Shown here: one piece after another, positions 63,924 to 64,000 of the stretch
Layout: every line of letters begins with the position of its first letter
Numbering within the stretch: the first letter of the stretch is position 1
Assembly (NCBI GenBank): GCA_913040915.1
Contig: CAJWHW010000003.1
Coordinates: 9,701 to 73,700, forward strand
DNA: 64,000 nt
Source: an uncultured Fidelibacterota bacterium
Lineage (GTDB): Bacteria > Fidelibacterota > Marinisomatia > Marinisomatales > UBA1611
Reading direction: 5' to 3'
Notes under the pieces: model-generated
The model's input: the letters and a program-made list of their open reading frames with translations, nothing else
Databases searched by the model: none
What the model was told of the DNA's origin: nothing
Program-made: the position numbers and the translations under genes

Positions 63924-64000
63924 TTACTTCAGAAGCACCATTTTGTAGGACTTAGAGTAGTCATCAGTCAATAAACGATAAATATAGGTTCCTCCACTCA
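63924..64000 (-). CDS. 3' end of another T9SS-CTD protein (gene starts beyond the right edge)
   Basis: My own minus-strand translation ends ...SGGTYIYRLLTDDYSKSYKMVLLK-TAA (stop 63924..63926). This is the typical last beta-strands of a T9SS type A sorting domain. Confidence 0.55.
   Translation of the reverse strand, partial: SGGTYIYRLLTDDYSKSYKMVLLK

Noticed and set aside
1-64000. tRNA, rRNA, CRISPR arrays, transposases, integrases, prophage or toxin-antitoxin modules.
   Set aside because: The non-coding space is limited to a few gaps of under 160 nt, and none shows cloverleaf-like or repeat-spacer structure. No ORF shows DDE, tyrosine recombinase or serine recombinase motifs that I recognise.

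Overview
AT-rich, very gene-dense bacterial chromosomal window. It holds about 50 CDSs, all but three on the minus strand. I saw no rRNA, tRNA, CRISPR array, transposase or integrase.

The left third (1-20.9 kb) is housekeeping:
- a CDP-alcohol phosphatidyltransferase fragment and an LPS-core pair (Kdo transferase waaA plus a GT9 heptosyltransferase) with a fused two-domain ABC ATPase
- a polyprenyl diphosphate synthase, tatC, meaB and a Crp/Fnr regulator
- rpsT, guaB, hutH and an exonuclease-DinG helicase fusion
- a geranylgeranyl-reductase-family flavoprotein and an NSS sodium symporter
- ridA, a PPC/DUF296 protein and alaS

The right two thirds (20.9-64 kb) is a cell-surface and secretome region. 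Its core is an almost gap-free, same-strand run of 26 genes (59.8 kb down to 25.0 kb), in three parts:
- a complete type IV pilus system: pilA, pilT, two minor pilins, a 750-aa PilX-N-like protein, pilMNO, a pilP-like gene, pilQ, a 977-aa Ig-like lipoprotein, and pilB, pilC, pilD
- a gingipain-like (C25) protein ending in a dockerin, followed by a PgsA-less poly-gamma-glutamate synthase operon (pgsB, pgsC, a third membrane component) that is translationally coupled to three envelope genes of unknown function
- large secreted proteins carrying type IX secretion (T9SS) C-terminal sorting domains: a WxDxR-repeat protein, an M14 carboxypeptidase, a second C25 protein, and outside the run an HExxH protein, an M6-like metalloprotease and a fragment at the right edge

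The abundance of T9SS-type C-terminal domains suggests an FCB-superphylum organism. The exact lineage cannot be determined by eye.

The best candidate for an undescribed system is the extended PGA operon with its outer-membrane and lipoprotein module, together with its physical fusion to the pilus operon and the dockerin-bearing C25 homolog that lacks the canonical catalytic His. All functional calls rest on motif recognition by eye. No searches were run.
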